A stretch of DNA of 64,000 bases, taken from NCBI RefSeq assembly GCF_009914755.1, contig NC_060947.1, one strand, 5' to 3'. A program made the position numbers and the translations under genes. This DNA is from the human T2T-CHM13v2.0 reference genome, Homo sapiens. Below, piece by piece: positions 40,543-53,732 of this stretch; within the stretch, counting starts at the first letter, position 1; each line of letters starts with the position of its first letter. Under the pieces are notes generated by a model. That model was not told where the DNA came from and ran no database searches. It worked only from the letters and a program-made list of their open reading frames with translations.

Positions 40543-43500
40543 CTGGTCCATAAAGAAAAATATTGAACATTTAAAAAGCAAAAGAAAATATAACAATGTA
40601 ATTACTTATACCATCACTCAGCTCTAGAAATGTTAAATTATAGTTAATCTTGAGTAAAGAATTCACAAATTAAGACAGATTTATTATTTTAAAGACATTG
40701 TTCTATTGTCTTCAAGTTTGTATTAATGATGTTGAGAAGACTAATGCCATTCCACCTCTTCATCTTTTTTTACATAAACTCTTCATTTTTAAACAACTTC
40801 TGAGATTTCATATACTTTACATAAAATCTTATATTGATGTTGCTTGGATGGGGCTTTAAAATTTATTTTCAGATGGCCATTGGGCCTTTTCAATCAAGAG
40901 ATCATATTCTTCCAGTCTGGGAGCGACCTACCTTCCTTCCTTGCTTCCTTCCTTCCTTCCTTCTTTCCTTACTTCCTTTTTTCCTCCCCATTTCATTCAT
41001 TCATTTGTTCATTCACTTTTTTAAATAACTTTTTTAACCAAGTTATATATTCTTTTTCTAAAAATCCTGTTAGTTGGATGCAATTTGTTCACTGCTCTTA
41101 TTTTCTTGCCCATTATCCAACATTCCGTCATTATGATTATCTCTTGAGTGAATTTTTTTATGAAAGCATCTAAAAAAGACAGAAATGATCACGAATGTTA
41201 TATTAAAATAAACACCCATATGCCAGCCAGCCAAAATGGTGATTTCTTATTCTGCCCATTTTAAAAAATAGGTTTTTCTCATTTTTATTTTGATTGTCAG
41301 TTATTGATATATAGTATAACTTAATCTTTTTCAACTATTAATATTGTTAAAACAGTTCCTTAGACTGTGATTTTGTTTGTTCTTTAGTTGATGGTATCTT
41401 TGACACAGACAATTTTCTTTTTTATATGGTAGCCAAATTCATGTGTATTTTTATTTAAAGTTTGCATTTTTTGTATTTTGTTTAATACATCCTTTCATAA
41501 TTTGAAGTCATAAAGATATTCTGTATTTTCTTCTCATTAACAATGTGAAAAATTTGCTTTTTGCATTTGGATCTTTAAGTCACAGGATTTAGTTTTCTTT
41601 ATTATATAAGAAAGAAATTATTTTGTTCTCATTTAGAAAATCAGTGGTCCTGGCACCATTAGTAAACCATCCTTTTTCCAATGATTTATATGGTTACCTC
41701 TATGAAAAACTTAGTACTTGGATAACAATGTGAATGTAGTTAATGCCACTGAATTGTCCATATAAACATAGTCAAACTAGAAAATTTTATTTTATATATA
41801 TTTTAGAAGAGGTAAAAATGTACATGCACATCTGATCGTGCGCCTATGTGATGGCTCTCTGAATCATTCTGAATCATATATATTGTTTTCTGTATATCTA
41901 TAAATATCAATATGCATATATGTTTTCTGCATCAATGTCAAAGTTAATTTATTAAAGTATTTTAAAAATTTATTAGATTCAATTTCTGTATGTATAGTCA
42001 ACAATTCTATAAGCAAAAGAAGGAAAAGATGTAATATATTAAAAAATGTTTGTATAACATGAGACAAGTTGCCTTTTAAAGTAGGTTTCTCATGGTACAT
42101 ATCTACTAGTGATTGTTAATGTTTTGAGCCATATTTGGTTTGAATATGAATGTGTGTACACACACACACATATATACACACACACACATATATAATCACA
42201 ATTGAATGGAACAGATCTTAAAGAAACAAACTATGCAAAGAAATATGTTTTGGGTTTTTTCTGCTTTCCATCAAATAGACAGAACAGACAAAGAACTTAG
42301 TTTTTTTGGTTAAACCTAATAAGCATTAGTTATTCTTTTGAGAGTTGAATCTCCTAGATCTGGTACATACTTTAATATATCACTTAATTAATGTTTGCTA
42401 CTGTTGTTTCATTTTGAGTTGTGTCTTTTAACAATGTTTCATAGGTTGGTTTTCCAATAAAGGAGCATTACTTAGTTCATTTTCCTTCAGTCTTGATGAT
42501 AAACTTTTCATGGCATCCTTGGATTTTCGTACAATTTTTTCGAAAGCTTGTAATCATTGTACTCATCCCACTCAGTTCTCAGGCTATCCTGCTCATTTGA
42601 TTTAATTGAAACTAGAATTGTGTGATAATACTCATGCTTGTGTCTGTCAGATTCTCTGGGCAAGTCATTGAGCTCCTTGTTTCTCTTGATTTCTTTGTAA
42701 TTGTGCTCCTTTATCCTGTTGCATGAAGCTAAAGCACTAGGTTTATAATTTTTGTTGAGCTTCAGGGATCTATTTTTTCTGGGATAATATAGTTTCCACA
42801 CCGGAGCCCATGAGGTGAGGGGCAAAGGTTCAGGCTCAAATGTGTTAAAATTACTATGAATGTTGATAGAAAAAGTACCCTCTACTTGTTTTTGCTGTGA
42901 TGTTTAGATGTATTTATCTACTTCCATGTAAAAGGTGATGGGAGTTTTTGTTCATTGTAATTCCATTGAATTAATAGATGATTTGGGGAGAATCATCATC
43001 TTCACAATATTAAGTTTTTCATTAATAATCGTGGCATCACACTACATTCACTTAGATAATTTTATGTCCTTTCATATCATTTATCATTTTGTAATTTTTC
43101 CATAAAGGTCTCATATATCATTTGTCAAATAAGTTATTACTGAATGCCATATGGTTTCATAATTCATGCCAGACAATTAGTTGATTTAAAAGTTGATATA
43201 CAAAACTGAAACAATGGTTTAAAGAAAGAAAAATGTAGTTATTTATTTCGTTCATATCAGTATGTTTCAAAATGTTAGCTTTATATGTACTGTTTTTGTC
43301 ATACCTGCATTTGTCTTACCTACATACCATCCATACCATCATTTCCTTATTTTTAAATTTGTTTGCATTTTTTTAAAAAATACTCAAAATGGAAAGTTGT
43401 TTCTATCACTAAAAACAATGTTCAATGTGTGAAACCCATTAAAATAGATAAATAACTAATAAAATTAAGGAGAAAAACCCAACTGTTTTCCTCTTAAGAT

Positions 43501-44857
43501 AAAAGTTTGTACCATTGGTGTAGTTTTGAATATACTGGTTTATATGAATACAAAACATTCATGGGACTTTAATGAAGTAGTAGCTGGCTGTTTGATTTTG
43601 TTACAAATGCATCTATTGGTTACTGACTTTTAAAAATATATATTCAATATGCATACTGATATGAGTACTTACTCTCTGCCAGTCACTTCTAGACATTTTG
43701 CTAATTTAATCATCATAGCAACTCTGTGGGGCCAGATGTTATGTATTGTATGATATAAAAAATTTTGTCACAGATTTTTGTGAGAATAGCTAGGTGCCTT
43801 TGAGTCCATTGCATAAAGACAAAAATAATTGGCAAAATTAATTCCCATGGAAATTCTTCCTTTCTCTGATGACTATACTGAATAATTGGAATTGACAGGT
43901 ATTCCTTTGCTACTAAGCATCATTATTACACTCTCTCACTACTTTCTCTTCAGTCTGTTATGTCAAGACAATGAATAATAGTTTCTTGTACATCTACAAT
44001 GGGAACACTGGAGCTGCCACTTTGGTTGATGATTGGATAATTCTTTCTTGTCTCTTATTCCCTTCTCTCTCTAATACTGTAGAAAACACTGATGACAATT
44101 ATAAATACTTCCCCATGGAACTTTCTTCTTCAGGTTAGAATTCTGATTGGAAGCAAAAGTAATTAAAGGTTAAAGAACGTGTGATTCTACTCTTTCTTTC
44201 ACCTTTGCCTAAAGCCTTCAGAAAATGCCAAGGATTTTTTCTTTTCTTATTTACATTTGGCTTATAGGCAAACTATTCCAAATTCCATATGGCTTTTACA
44301 TAGGCATGGATTTAGGTATATATCTATATATAAGTATGTAAATACATATTTACATATATTTAGATTTATATCTATATATAAATATATAAAATTTGCTTCT
44401 AAATTTCCAAGATCTTCTCTCTTCCAGGTAGGGAAATGAACTGTCCACATTTTAAAAAATGATCATTCCTGTCTTTTTGTTATTTTCCTTAACATCTTCA
44501 AAGATAAGACAGATTAATTTAAAGTATTGTTATGCTAAAAGCCAGAAGACGTTCTTGTGTTTCTGTTTCACTTGGATAGGTATTAAAGAAAAACATCACC
44601 AGATTTTTGTCATTGTTGTTGCTCAGTCTTGTGTGTCTTTTTAAGTGATTATTTAATAGTTTTTATTATTGCTTTTCTTCGTCCCTATTGTTAAAAGTAA
44701 AATCATTTTTATTATAATGTTTTACTTTTTTGTCATACACCACTGAAGCCTGTATCCAAACATGTAACTACTAGTCTAACAGATCATATTTAAGGATGAT
44801 GTAAAAAGATATTTTTCCATCTTGAACACTTTCATGTATTCAATAATGAATACATGA

Positions 44858-45073
44858 CACACATGGACACATGGACACAGGGAGGGGAACATCACACACC
44901 GGGGCCTGTCGGGAGGTGGGGGGTGGGTAGGAAAGGGATAGCATTAGGAGAAATACCTAATGTAGATGACAGGTTGATGGGTGCAGCAAACCACCATGGC
45001 ATGTGTATACCTATGTAACAAACCTGCACGTGATGCACATGTATCCCAGAATTTAAAGTATAATTTAAAAAAA
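44858..45073 (+). mobile_element. 5'-truncated L1PA (PA7/8-like) 3' end
   Basis: ggacacagggaggggaacatcacacacc...gcattaggagaaatacctaatgtagatgac...aaagtataat plus A tail. Confidence 0.9.
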
Positions 45074-45859
45074 GGAAAGAATAATCTTGATCTCTTTCCT
45101 TAAACATTTTATGAAAGTTATTCCTGTGTTCTGATTCATATAATTTCATTAATCTTTATATAGAAGGGAACCAAGAACAAATTATAATTAGTGTTTACAT
45201 TTTCATTGTCTGTCTCTTTGGGGTTTTGCAACCTGAAGTCTATTAATCAAATATATTTGTTCACAGTATGCACCATGTATTTTGGCTTTATACCTAATCA
45301 TCTTCCTCCCAGTCCAAGTGTCTGCTTCCTTGTCACTGTCAGCCAGTTGTGGTTTCTGTGGAATACATTTTGTTTGACATAGTTCTACTTTTAGTTTAGG
45401 TTACTTTCTAAATCTGGAGTGTGAACAGCACCTTCTGTTCTTCTACATTCTCCCTAAAACAAATGTCTAAATTATTGTATTTAAAATAAAAGGGCAAAAT
45501 CTGCACTTTGCTAATAAGTACGTAAAGTTGCCAGATGGTTTTATCAGTGTCTTGAATATTCTGGGTTTGATGGGTTGGTTATGTCTGAAGCATAAACATC
45601 AATTCTGTCTCCTATCATGAAACTATTAAGGATGACCAAATTTCATCAGCATTGATCGGTGCATGTTAGATTCTCAGAGGCATCTGATTTTGTAATTGGC
45701 ACTTGCTTTTGATTCTACAACTCCCAACAGCATAATAGTTTCCAAATGAAAACAGGAATATTATATATTATAACAAAAAGTGTAAAATGTATTTTTTGAA
45801 ATTGTAACGTTCTTATTGTATTTCAGATGTCCCAATAATAAATAAACTTGAAAGGCAGT

Positions 45860-46680
45860 CAAGGTCACAAGGTCTGCAACTCTTAGGCAAGTTCTAGTGC
45901 TGAGCTACATTCAGAGCCACTGGACTTGGGGGATATAAAACCTACTGAGACACTAGCTGGTACAGCTAAAGGACTGCTTATGCCACCCCTTCCCCAACCC
46001 CAGAATGCACAGGTCATGGCTCCAAGAGACTTTTTCTTCTGCTTATGAAGAGGAGAGGGAAGAGTAAAGAGGATTTTGTCTTGCATCTTGGAGACCATCT
46101 CAGCTACAACAGGATAAGGCACCATGCAGAGATGCAAGGCCCCCTTTCTAAGCCCTAGCTTCTGGATGACACTTCTAGAAACACCCTGGGCCAGAAGTGA
46201 ACCTGCTGCCTTGAAGGGAATAACTCAGTTCCAGGATACAACACTGGGGCCCTGAATAACCAGCAGCAATACCTAGGAAGTATGGCATGGGACTTGGGTG
46301 AGACTAAGACTTGCTGGCTTTAGGTCAGACTCAGCACATACTCAGCTGTGATGGCTACAGAAAGAGACTCCATCTGCTTGAGAAAACTGGAGGGGAAAGT
46401 AAAGGGAACTTTGTATGGCACCTTAGGTACCACCTCGGCCACAGGGGTGTAGAGCACCAAGCAGGCTCTTGGGGTCTCTGATTCTAGGCCTTAGATGTTG
46501 AACAGCATTTCTGGACTTGCCCTGGGCCAGAAGGGATTCACTGCCCTGAACGATGAGTCCCAGGCTGGGCAACACTCACTGCAAGCTGACTGAAGATACC
46601 TTGGACCTTAAAGGAATATCAGTGGTAGCCTGGCAGCACTCCTCATCGGCTTATGGTGGTAGTGCCCACGATGTGAGGTC
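45860..46680 (+). mobile_element. L1M/L1PB-type 5'UTR fragment
   Basis: Repeated gggaaagtaaagggaactttg / ccctgggccagaaggga / ctgccttgaaggg monomer-like motifs. Confidence 0.65.
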
Positions 46681-47118
46681 AGTTTCGTTTGGCTAAAAGG
46701 AGAATTGCTGTGAAGTTTCAGAAGTCTTAAATTTTTGTCTTGTTTTGACACTTACTTAAATCAGACAAGCTACTAAAACAAACTTCATATTTGAGGAATA
46801 TTACTGAGAACCTATTAACCGCTCCTGTGTCAACCAACAATGAATGTACTAGGCAATGGTATTTTAGCTACAGAATGAACTATGTATTTCACATTGCTGG
46901 TACATGAAACACCTTCTAGCTGATAATATCCTATGAATAATAAAACTGAGAAGTGGGTCATCTGAAACTGTGAATTGGTGTAACATTACTTTCTAACCTC
47001 CACTATGATAAAATATTGTCTTCCATTGCAAGGAAAAAAGTAGAAACAAACATTTTTACAATTTTAATATTGAGCAGAGACTGATGTATGAAGAAGAAAT
47101 TATTTCATACTTGTCTGA

Positions 47119-47355
<237 letters not shown>

Positions 47356-48769
47356 AAAAGTTTAATGACTTGGTTTATTTATTTTTGCACTGATATTTCT
47401 AGTAATGACAATAGGATAAAAGCTAAATGTCCATCAATAGGGTATATCACAGTGTACCATTAATACTCTGCAGTAATTAATAAGTTTGTGGTTGATATAT
47501 GTGTATCGATTTGTAAATATAATCAAGATAACTTGTTGAGGAATAAAAAATAAGTGCAGAATGATGCATTCATTTATGTTTTAACACTTCATCCAATTTA
47601 TGCTAAACACAAATAAAGCTATAAATCCATGATACATGTCTGGCATATCAACCTGAGAAAGGGAAAGAGCATGGTAAGTAATGTTCAAGGAAGACTTTAG
47701 GCTTGTCTTTAAATTGATTGTTTTAAATGAGAATATACTAATATATGCACACATTTTATGTGTGATTTGAATTTAATAGTATTAATTAAAGTAATGACTT
47801 TTTTCCATTTATACAGCCACTGACTTATACATAATACAACTCTCAACATGCTTTAAATATATTAAAAGGATCTGCATTAAGAAAAATACAAAACTGTATA
47901 ATGAGGGTCATGGTACAATACATGAACTCTGTTTTTGAAATATAGATATTTTTATATAATTTCCATTATCCTGAAATTAATTAAAGTTAATTCATTTTGT
48001 GATTTGGAGGTATGGAAATGAATGTCTCAATGAGAGACTAAATTTCTATTGAAAGAAGAAGAAGAAGAAATACTAAAGCATATGTGTCAAAAGAGAATCA
48101 GTGGTGACTTGCCCTCTCCTAGATCAAAACATCAAACAATAAGGAACTGAACACAACAGTTCAGTTCCTGAATACAACAAAGCAGAAAGTCTAGATATAT
48201 GTATGAATAAATACAAATATAGACTATTACAAAGATGGACTTTCAAGAGTGTTGGAAAGGATAAAGTATTTCAAAATGATTTGCAGAGAAGTAAACATAT
48301 ATTTGAGAAAAAAATAAATTTATAATAGCACCCCCCTTACAACAAAGTACATTACAGTTTATTTAAAAATTTAAAGATGAAAAGTAACCTGAAAACGATA
48401 AAATTTAATGTAAGTGACTATTAACTCTTATTTGGATTGAGAGTACATTTTAAAATAATAGAACAGATATAGAAACATAAAGGGAAAATTAATAAATTTG
48501 TTTAGATAAGAAAAAATTGGTTTATATATGAAAAAATATATAAAAGACAAACAGTGAGCTGTGAAAATGTATGCAACATATATCGTAGGCAAATAATTAC
48601 AATCCTTAATACATGTAAAGCTTGTACAAACAGGAAATGCCAAAAAACAAGAAAATGCCTTATTTTTAAAGAATGGATAAATTATCGTACAGAGGCAACA
48701 CTATTGGACCCTAAAAATCTGGCAAGAGAGTTATTTATATATCCATATATATCCATAATATATCCATAA

Positions 48770-50580
48770 TTTACTATATATATTTAAGGTGTACAACATG
48801 ATGTTTTTATATACATAGTGAAATAATAAGTAATAGTCAAGCAAATGAACATATCTATCTTCTTGCCTAGTTATCCTTTTGTTTGTGTGCTGAGAGCACC
48901 AAAAATCTACTCTCTTAGCAAATTTCCAGTGTATAATAGTGTAAACGTAGTCCTTACACTGTACCTTAGAGCTCTAGACTTGTTTATTCTATACAACTAC
49001 AACTTTGTACCCTTTGTCTTACATCTCCTCATTTCCTATGACTCGCCTACCCCTCGTAACCATGATTATATTCTCTTTGTATTTCATTTTATTTTTAGAT
49101 TCCACATGTAAGTGAGATCATGCACTATTTTTCTTTCTCTGTCTGGCTTATTTCACTTAGCATAATGTCCTCCTGGTTCATCCATGTTGTTATAAATGGT
49201 AGGATCTCTTTCTTCTTTAAGGCTGAATAATATTCCATTGTGTGTATACTATAATTTATCCATTCATCAATTGACAGAAGCTTGTTTCCATATTCTGGCT
49301 ATTGTGAATAGTGCTACAATTAACATGGGAGTGCAGATATCTCTTTGATGTTCTGATTTCATTTCCTTTGTGTATATACCCAGAGGCATTGCTGGGTCAT
49401 TTAGCAGTGATAGCGACAGGAAGAAGCGAAATTCTGGGCAGAAGAGTGTAGGTCCCTGGCTAGGGCCCCATCCTCAAGCCTGGAACTATGGCCCAAAGTG
49501 AGAACTTACATCCTTGTTTTCCCATTCGAATGTTGCCTTTTCTAAAACAACCCATGGCCTGCCCCACTCCCAATCCTGTGCCTATAAAAATCCAAGGCTC
49601 ATATGGCAGAGAGAGGAGAAGCAGCTGAATGTCAGAGACTACAGTTGGACATTAGGGAGAAGTGGCTTGACTTCAGAGGAACAGCTTGACAGCATAGCTT
49701 CAGAGACAAGTCTGGTAAGGGAAGGCTGGACTTCAGGGGAAGATTACCTTCCTGCTCCGTCCTCTTTTCAGCTCCTCTTCCCACTGAGAGCCACTTTCAT
49801 CGGCAATAAAATCCCCCACCTTTACCATCTTCAATTCATTCATGCAAACTCATTTTTCCTGGACACTGGACAAGAGCTTGGAGTCATGAGTATAGGTGTA
49901 AAAGGCTGTCACACTCCACTGATCTGTTAACATTTAAGCCATCCACAGGCAACAAAGCTAAAAAAGCACTGACTGTAACACTCTCTCTGGGGCTTCCGGA
50001 GTCACAGGAACACCGCCCCCACCAGACAGTGCTGCTGGGCCAGTATGAAGTTCATTCCTGCCGGTGCCCAAAAGGGCATGTCCCGGCTCCGGTACCTGCG
50101 CACCTGCATGCTCCCCCTCCTGTGAGGGGTTGATAGCTGCGGGCTGAGTAACCCGTCATGAGGCCCGCATAGGGGTCAGGGAAATATCCTGCTTCAGTAG
50201 TTCTATTTTTAATTTTTGAGGAACCTCCATGTTGTTTTCCATAATGGCTGCCAACAGTGTACCAATTTACATTTCACACCCTTGTCAACACTTGTTTTAT
50301 CTTTTTTTTTTTATAATAGCCATCCTAAGAGGAGTGAGGTGATATCTCATTGTGGTTTGAACTTGCATTTCCTTGATGATTATTGATATAGACCCCCTTT
50401 CCATACACTTGTTAGTAATTTTTATGTCTTCTTTGAAGAAATAATTATTCAAATTCTTTGTCCATGTTTTAATTGGATTATTTGATTATTTGGTGTTTTT
50501 TTTTTGTTATTGAGTTATGTGAGTTTCTTATACAATTTAGATTGTAAGCCCTTATCAGATGTATGATTTGCAAATTTGCA
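48770..50580 (-). mobile_element. L1MA-type 3' region split by an LTR
   Basis: tagattccacatgtaagtgagatcatg...; resumes at 50197 with ttctatttttaatttttgaggaacctcc. Confidence 0.85.
49408..50196 (+). mobile_element. MER50-group ERV1 solo LTR
   Basis: tgatagcgacagg...gcttca; TSD gcag/gtag; tataaaaa and aataaa signals. Confidence 0.75.
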
Positions 50581-53212
50581 AACTACAAATTCACATTTTA
50601 AAAAATGGATAAATGACATTGAAGTGGAAATACTCTTGCACCTTGAAAATCTGGCAGCAGAATTATTACGCAGAGACATGTGGGCAAAGACCAATCTTGC
50701 TTCTTTCCCCTGCTGAGGGAGTGTCCTTGTTGGCACTGAGTTTTATTCAAGAAACAAAAAAGATCTATATGCATTCATTTAAACAGATATACATGGGTTA
50801 CTAAGGTATATTCTTCTGATACAGTGATATAAACCTCTAGTATGAAAGAGCAGTGGTATAGAAATTATCTAATCATTATATTTAATAGGAAAAAAACACA
50901 GCATGGAAAGTGTCATTGGCAGATGCATACATAATTAGCAAAGAAGGGGCCAGGGAAATTCAACCCAAGATACTCTTTATCTAATCCTGCTCTATCTAGT
51001 CACCTCACTTCTATTGAATTTATCTTTCCTGGCTGAATAGATACTCAACTTACAATGGGTCTACTCTCTCTTTCTGCCACTCAACAAACCATCTGAAATT
51101 CTGCAGTTAAAGAGATGTACTTGTTGTCAATATTCTTCAGTGATATGTTTAGACTTTAGAAGGGTTGACTAGAGCTGAAAAAGGAAGCAGAGAATTTTAT
51201 GTGACTGAGGGAGAAAGTATAGCTCTGGATTCAAGATCTTTAAGTTATAAAAGGAGGTTTATTTGGTAAGGAAGTTGTCTCAGTAAGATTTGCCCACTCT
51301 TCTCTTACATGTGACTGTCAGGCCTTGTGGACAAATATAGACAAATGAGTCAAAGTTGACAGAGTCTAAGCATCAGTTCCTGGATTCCTTTATTGTCATT
51401 CCTAAAGCTATTGTGTATGGGACAATGGTTCCAGAATTTTAGCATGCATAGACTCACCTGGATGGTTGATTAGAATGCAGAGGACCAAGAGTTTGCGTTT
51501 CTAATCCATTCCCAAGTGTTGCTGATGCTAAACAACATCGAGCTGATGTTAGCAACTGTTGCTTGTACTGAAACAACACTTTGAAACCATTTAATGTAGG
51601 ATCCTCCAGAGGGATTTGGAACCCTCATGATTCAAACTGCAGCTCAGCTATAATGTAATGGCTGCATCTTATCATTACACTAGGTTAGATAATGCTAGCC
51701 TGATACTCGATCACTTTCTAAATAGGTAAGTGTTGAAGTTTCAGGCATGGAGAAGAAAAACTTATAGTTGGGAATGCTTTCATTCTCGCTGACTCTGGTT
51801 TCTCTGGGGAAAAAAAAATAACAACAGCAACAAAACTAGTGAGGCAGAAAACTTCCTGAAAGCAAAAAAAAAAAAATAAAAAAGTTTAATTATTACCTTA
51901 AGTGTGAGCAATTTTATTTTGATATGTAGATTTCCTTTTCTTTTTCCACCTTCCAATCTCCAATAGAGCTTTGATTGTGGAGCTCTGAATTGGTGCCAAT
52001 TCATTAGCTTTAAGAACAAATAAATGGCATTTAGAGGACATAAATTTCTTCTGGGATCAGGTGTCTCAAAAGTAGAAAGTTGAAATATTATTTTCTACAT
52101 GATGTAACATTGGGAAAGTAGATTTAAAACTTTTTCTTTGAATTCTCTTTTAAAACGATGAAGTAAATATGCACAAACCATGTTCTAAGACCCCGGGGTG
52201 GAGCTACTTTTATTCATTTGCAAGATAATACATAATTACCAAAATAATTAGTTTAAAATAGTCTCAAAATAAATCACTGGAAGTGTCAAATAGCTGATTT
52301 CTCTATTTCAGACATAGCTTTTGTGTAAAGAAGATGGCCTGTTGAGTCAGAGCCAATAGATATAGGAGGAGGGTTATAGTTGGCAACGTGCTTGACTTCA
52401 TCAAGGCTAGGATCATGAAATTGTTTTCTTCTTTCCCTTGAGGTATTTTAAAGTCTTAGCTTGAGGAAATGGCTTTTGAACAAAGGAGGCACAAAATCTT
52501 AGAACTTCTCTCCCTTCCCCCTTTCTTTAGTAAGGTTAGGGAAATGTACACGATTAAACAGACCTGGGTCTGGCGTGGGGATAATAAATGGGCAGCTTGG
52601 ACAAAAGGGTAAATCTATTGTACGGGAAAACATAGGGAGAAACCGCAAGGGAAGGAAAAAGACTGCCCTTGTGCTGGAAGTCAGTGTAGTAGAGCATGAA
52701 AAAGAAGCCTGACATGCTGCCAGGTCATGCTTCTCCATCCATGTGCATGGCCAGATCTAACCGGGGAGATTGGGGTTGCTTTTTGTCTTCAGACACATCA
52801 TGTTTGACTAATGATGATGAAGAGATTGACTGGACATGTGCACTTTGAAGCCAATTCCAGGACGCTGTGGGCAAGAATTAACATCAGCAACAACAGCAGA
52901 AAATGGAAACTACTAAAATTCCAAGTAAAGGAATAAATTAGATACATGGTTTGCTATGACAATAGGACACATCAGAGTTAGTACGTGAAAGTCAGGAGTT
53001 GGAGTAACCAGTTCTCCTACTAGAAGGTAAAGAAACAAACCTTGGAAATGACAGAAGAGAAGTAGACTACTCAGGTGAACTGAGGACCTTTTGAGAAAGA
53101 TGTAATTTTTTTGCTCTGGCAAAGTGATCAAAACTGATCCAAAAGGCACAGGAAATAATGAGCCAAGGAATAACCACAAAAGATTAAAAATTAACCAAAT
53201 AATGACCTCCTT

Positions 53213-53732
53213 TGTCAAAGAAAAATTGTCCTGACAAGTTAAGCAGGTAAGAGTGACTTTATTCAATATTACTGAAATTGGGTCAAGACTATCACAATAG
53301 GGAAGAGAAATTAAATTCAACTCCCCTGAAACAAAAAGCAGAAGAATTTTAAGCTTTGGGGTGAGCTTGTGGTAAAGTAGTAGAGGAAGTTAGAGGGAGT
53401 TTGGTCATTATGATTAGTCCATTTGTATTAGCTAATTGACTCTCATCCAATTAAACTCCTACCCTCCCACAGAGTTTGAGAGGTAAGGGTGCTGTCTTTC
53501 TTGATTAGTACATTTCAAATGGATAACTCCAGGGTCCTTACGAAAGACAGTACTCACTGGAAAAACAGGCAAGAGGCTGGAAGAGGATACATATCTGAAG
53601 TGGGGGGAGAAATAATTTACAATTGCAAATTTCCTAAAGTAAATGCTCTAAGAACAGGTTGATCAAGGGCCTATAGCCAGGAAGAAATCTGGCTAAATCA
53701 AGATGAGGGGATCATTAAGGCAGTCTCAGTCA
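53213..53732 (-). mobile_element. ERV1 solo LTR (MER31-like)
   Basis: tgtcaaagaaaaattg...ctttattcaa...tcagtca; TG/CA ends. Confidence 0.55.
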
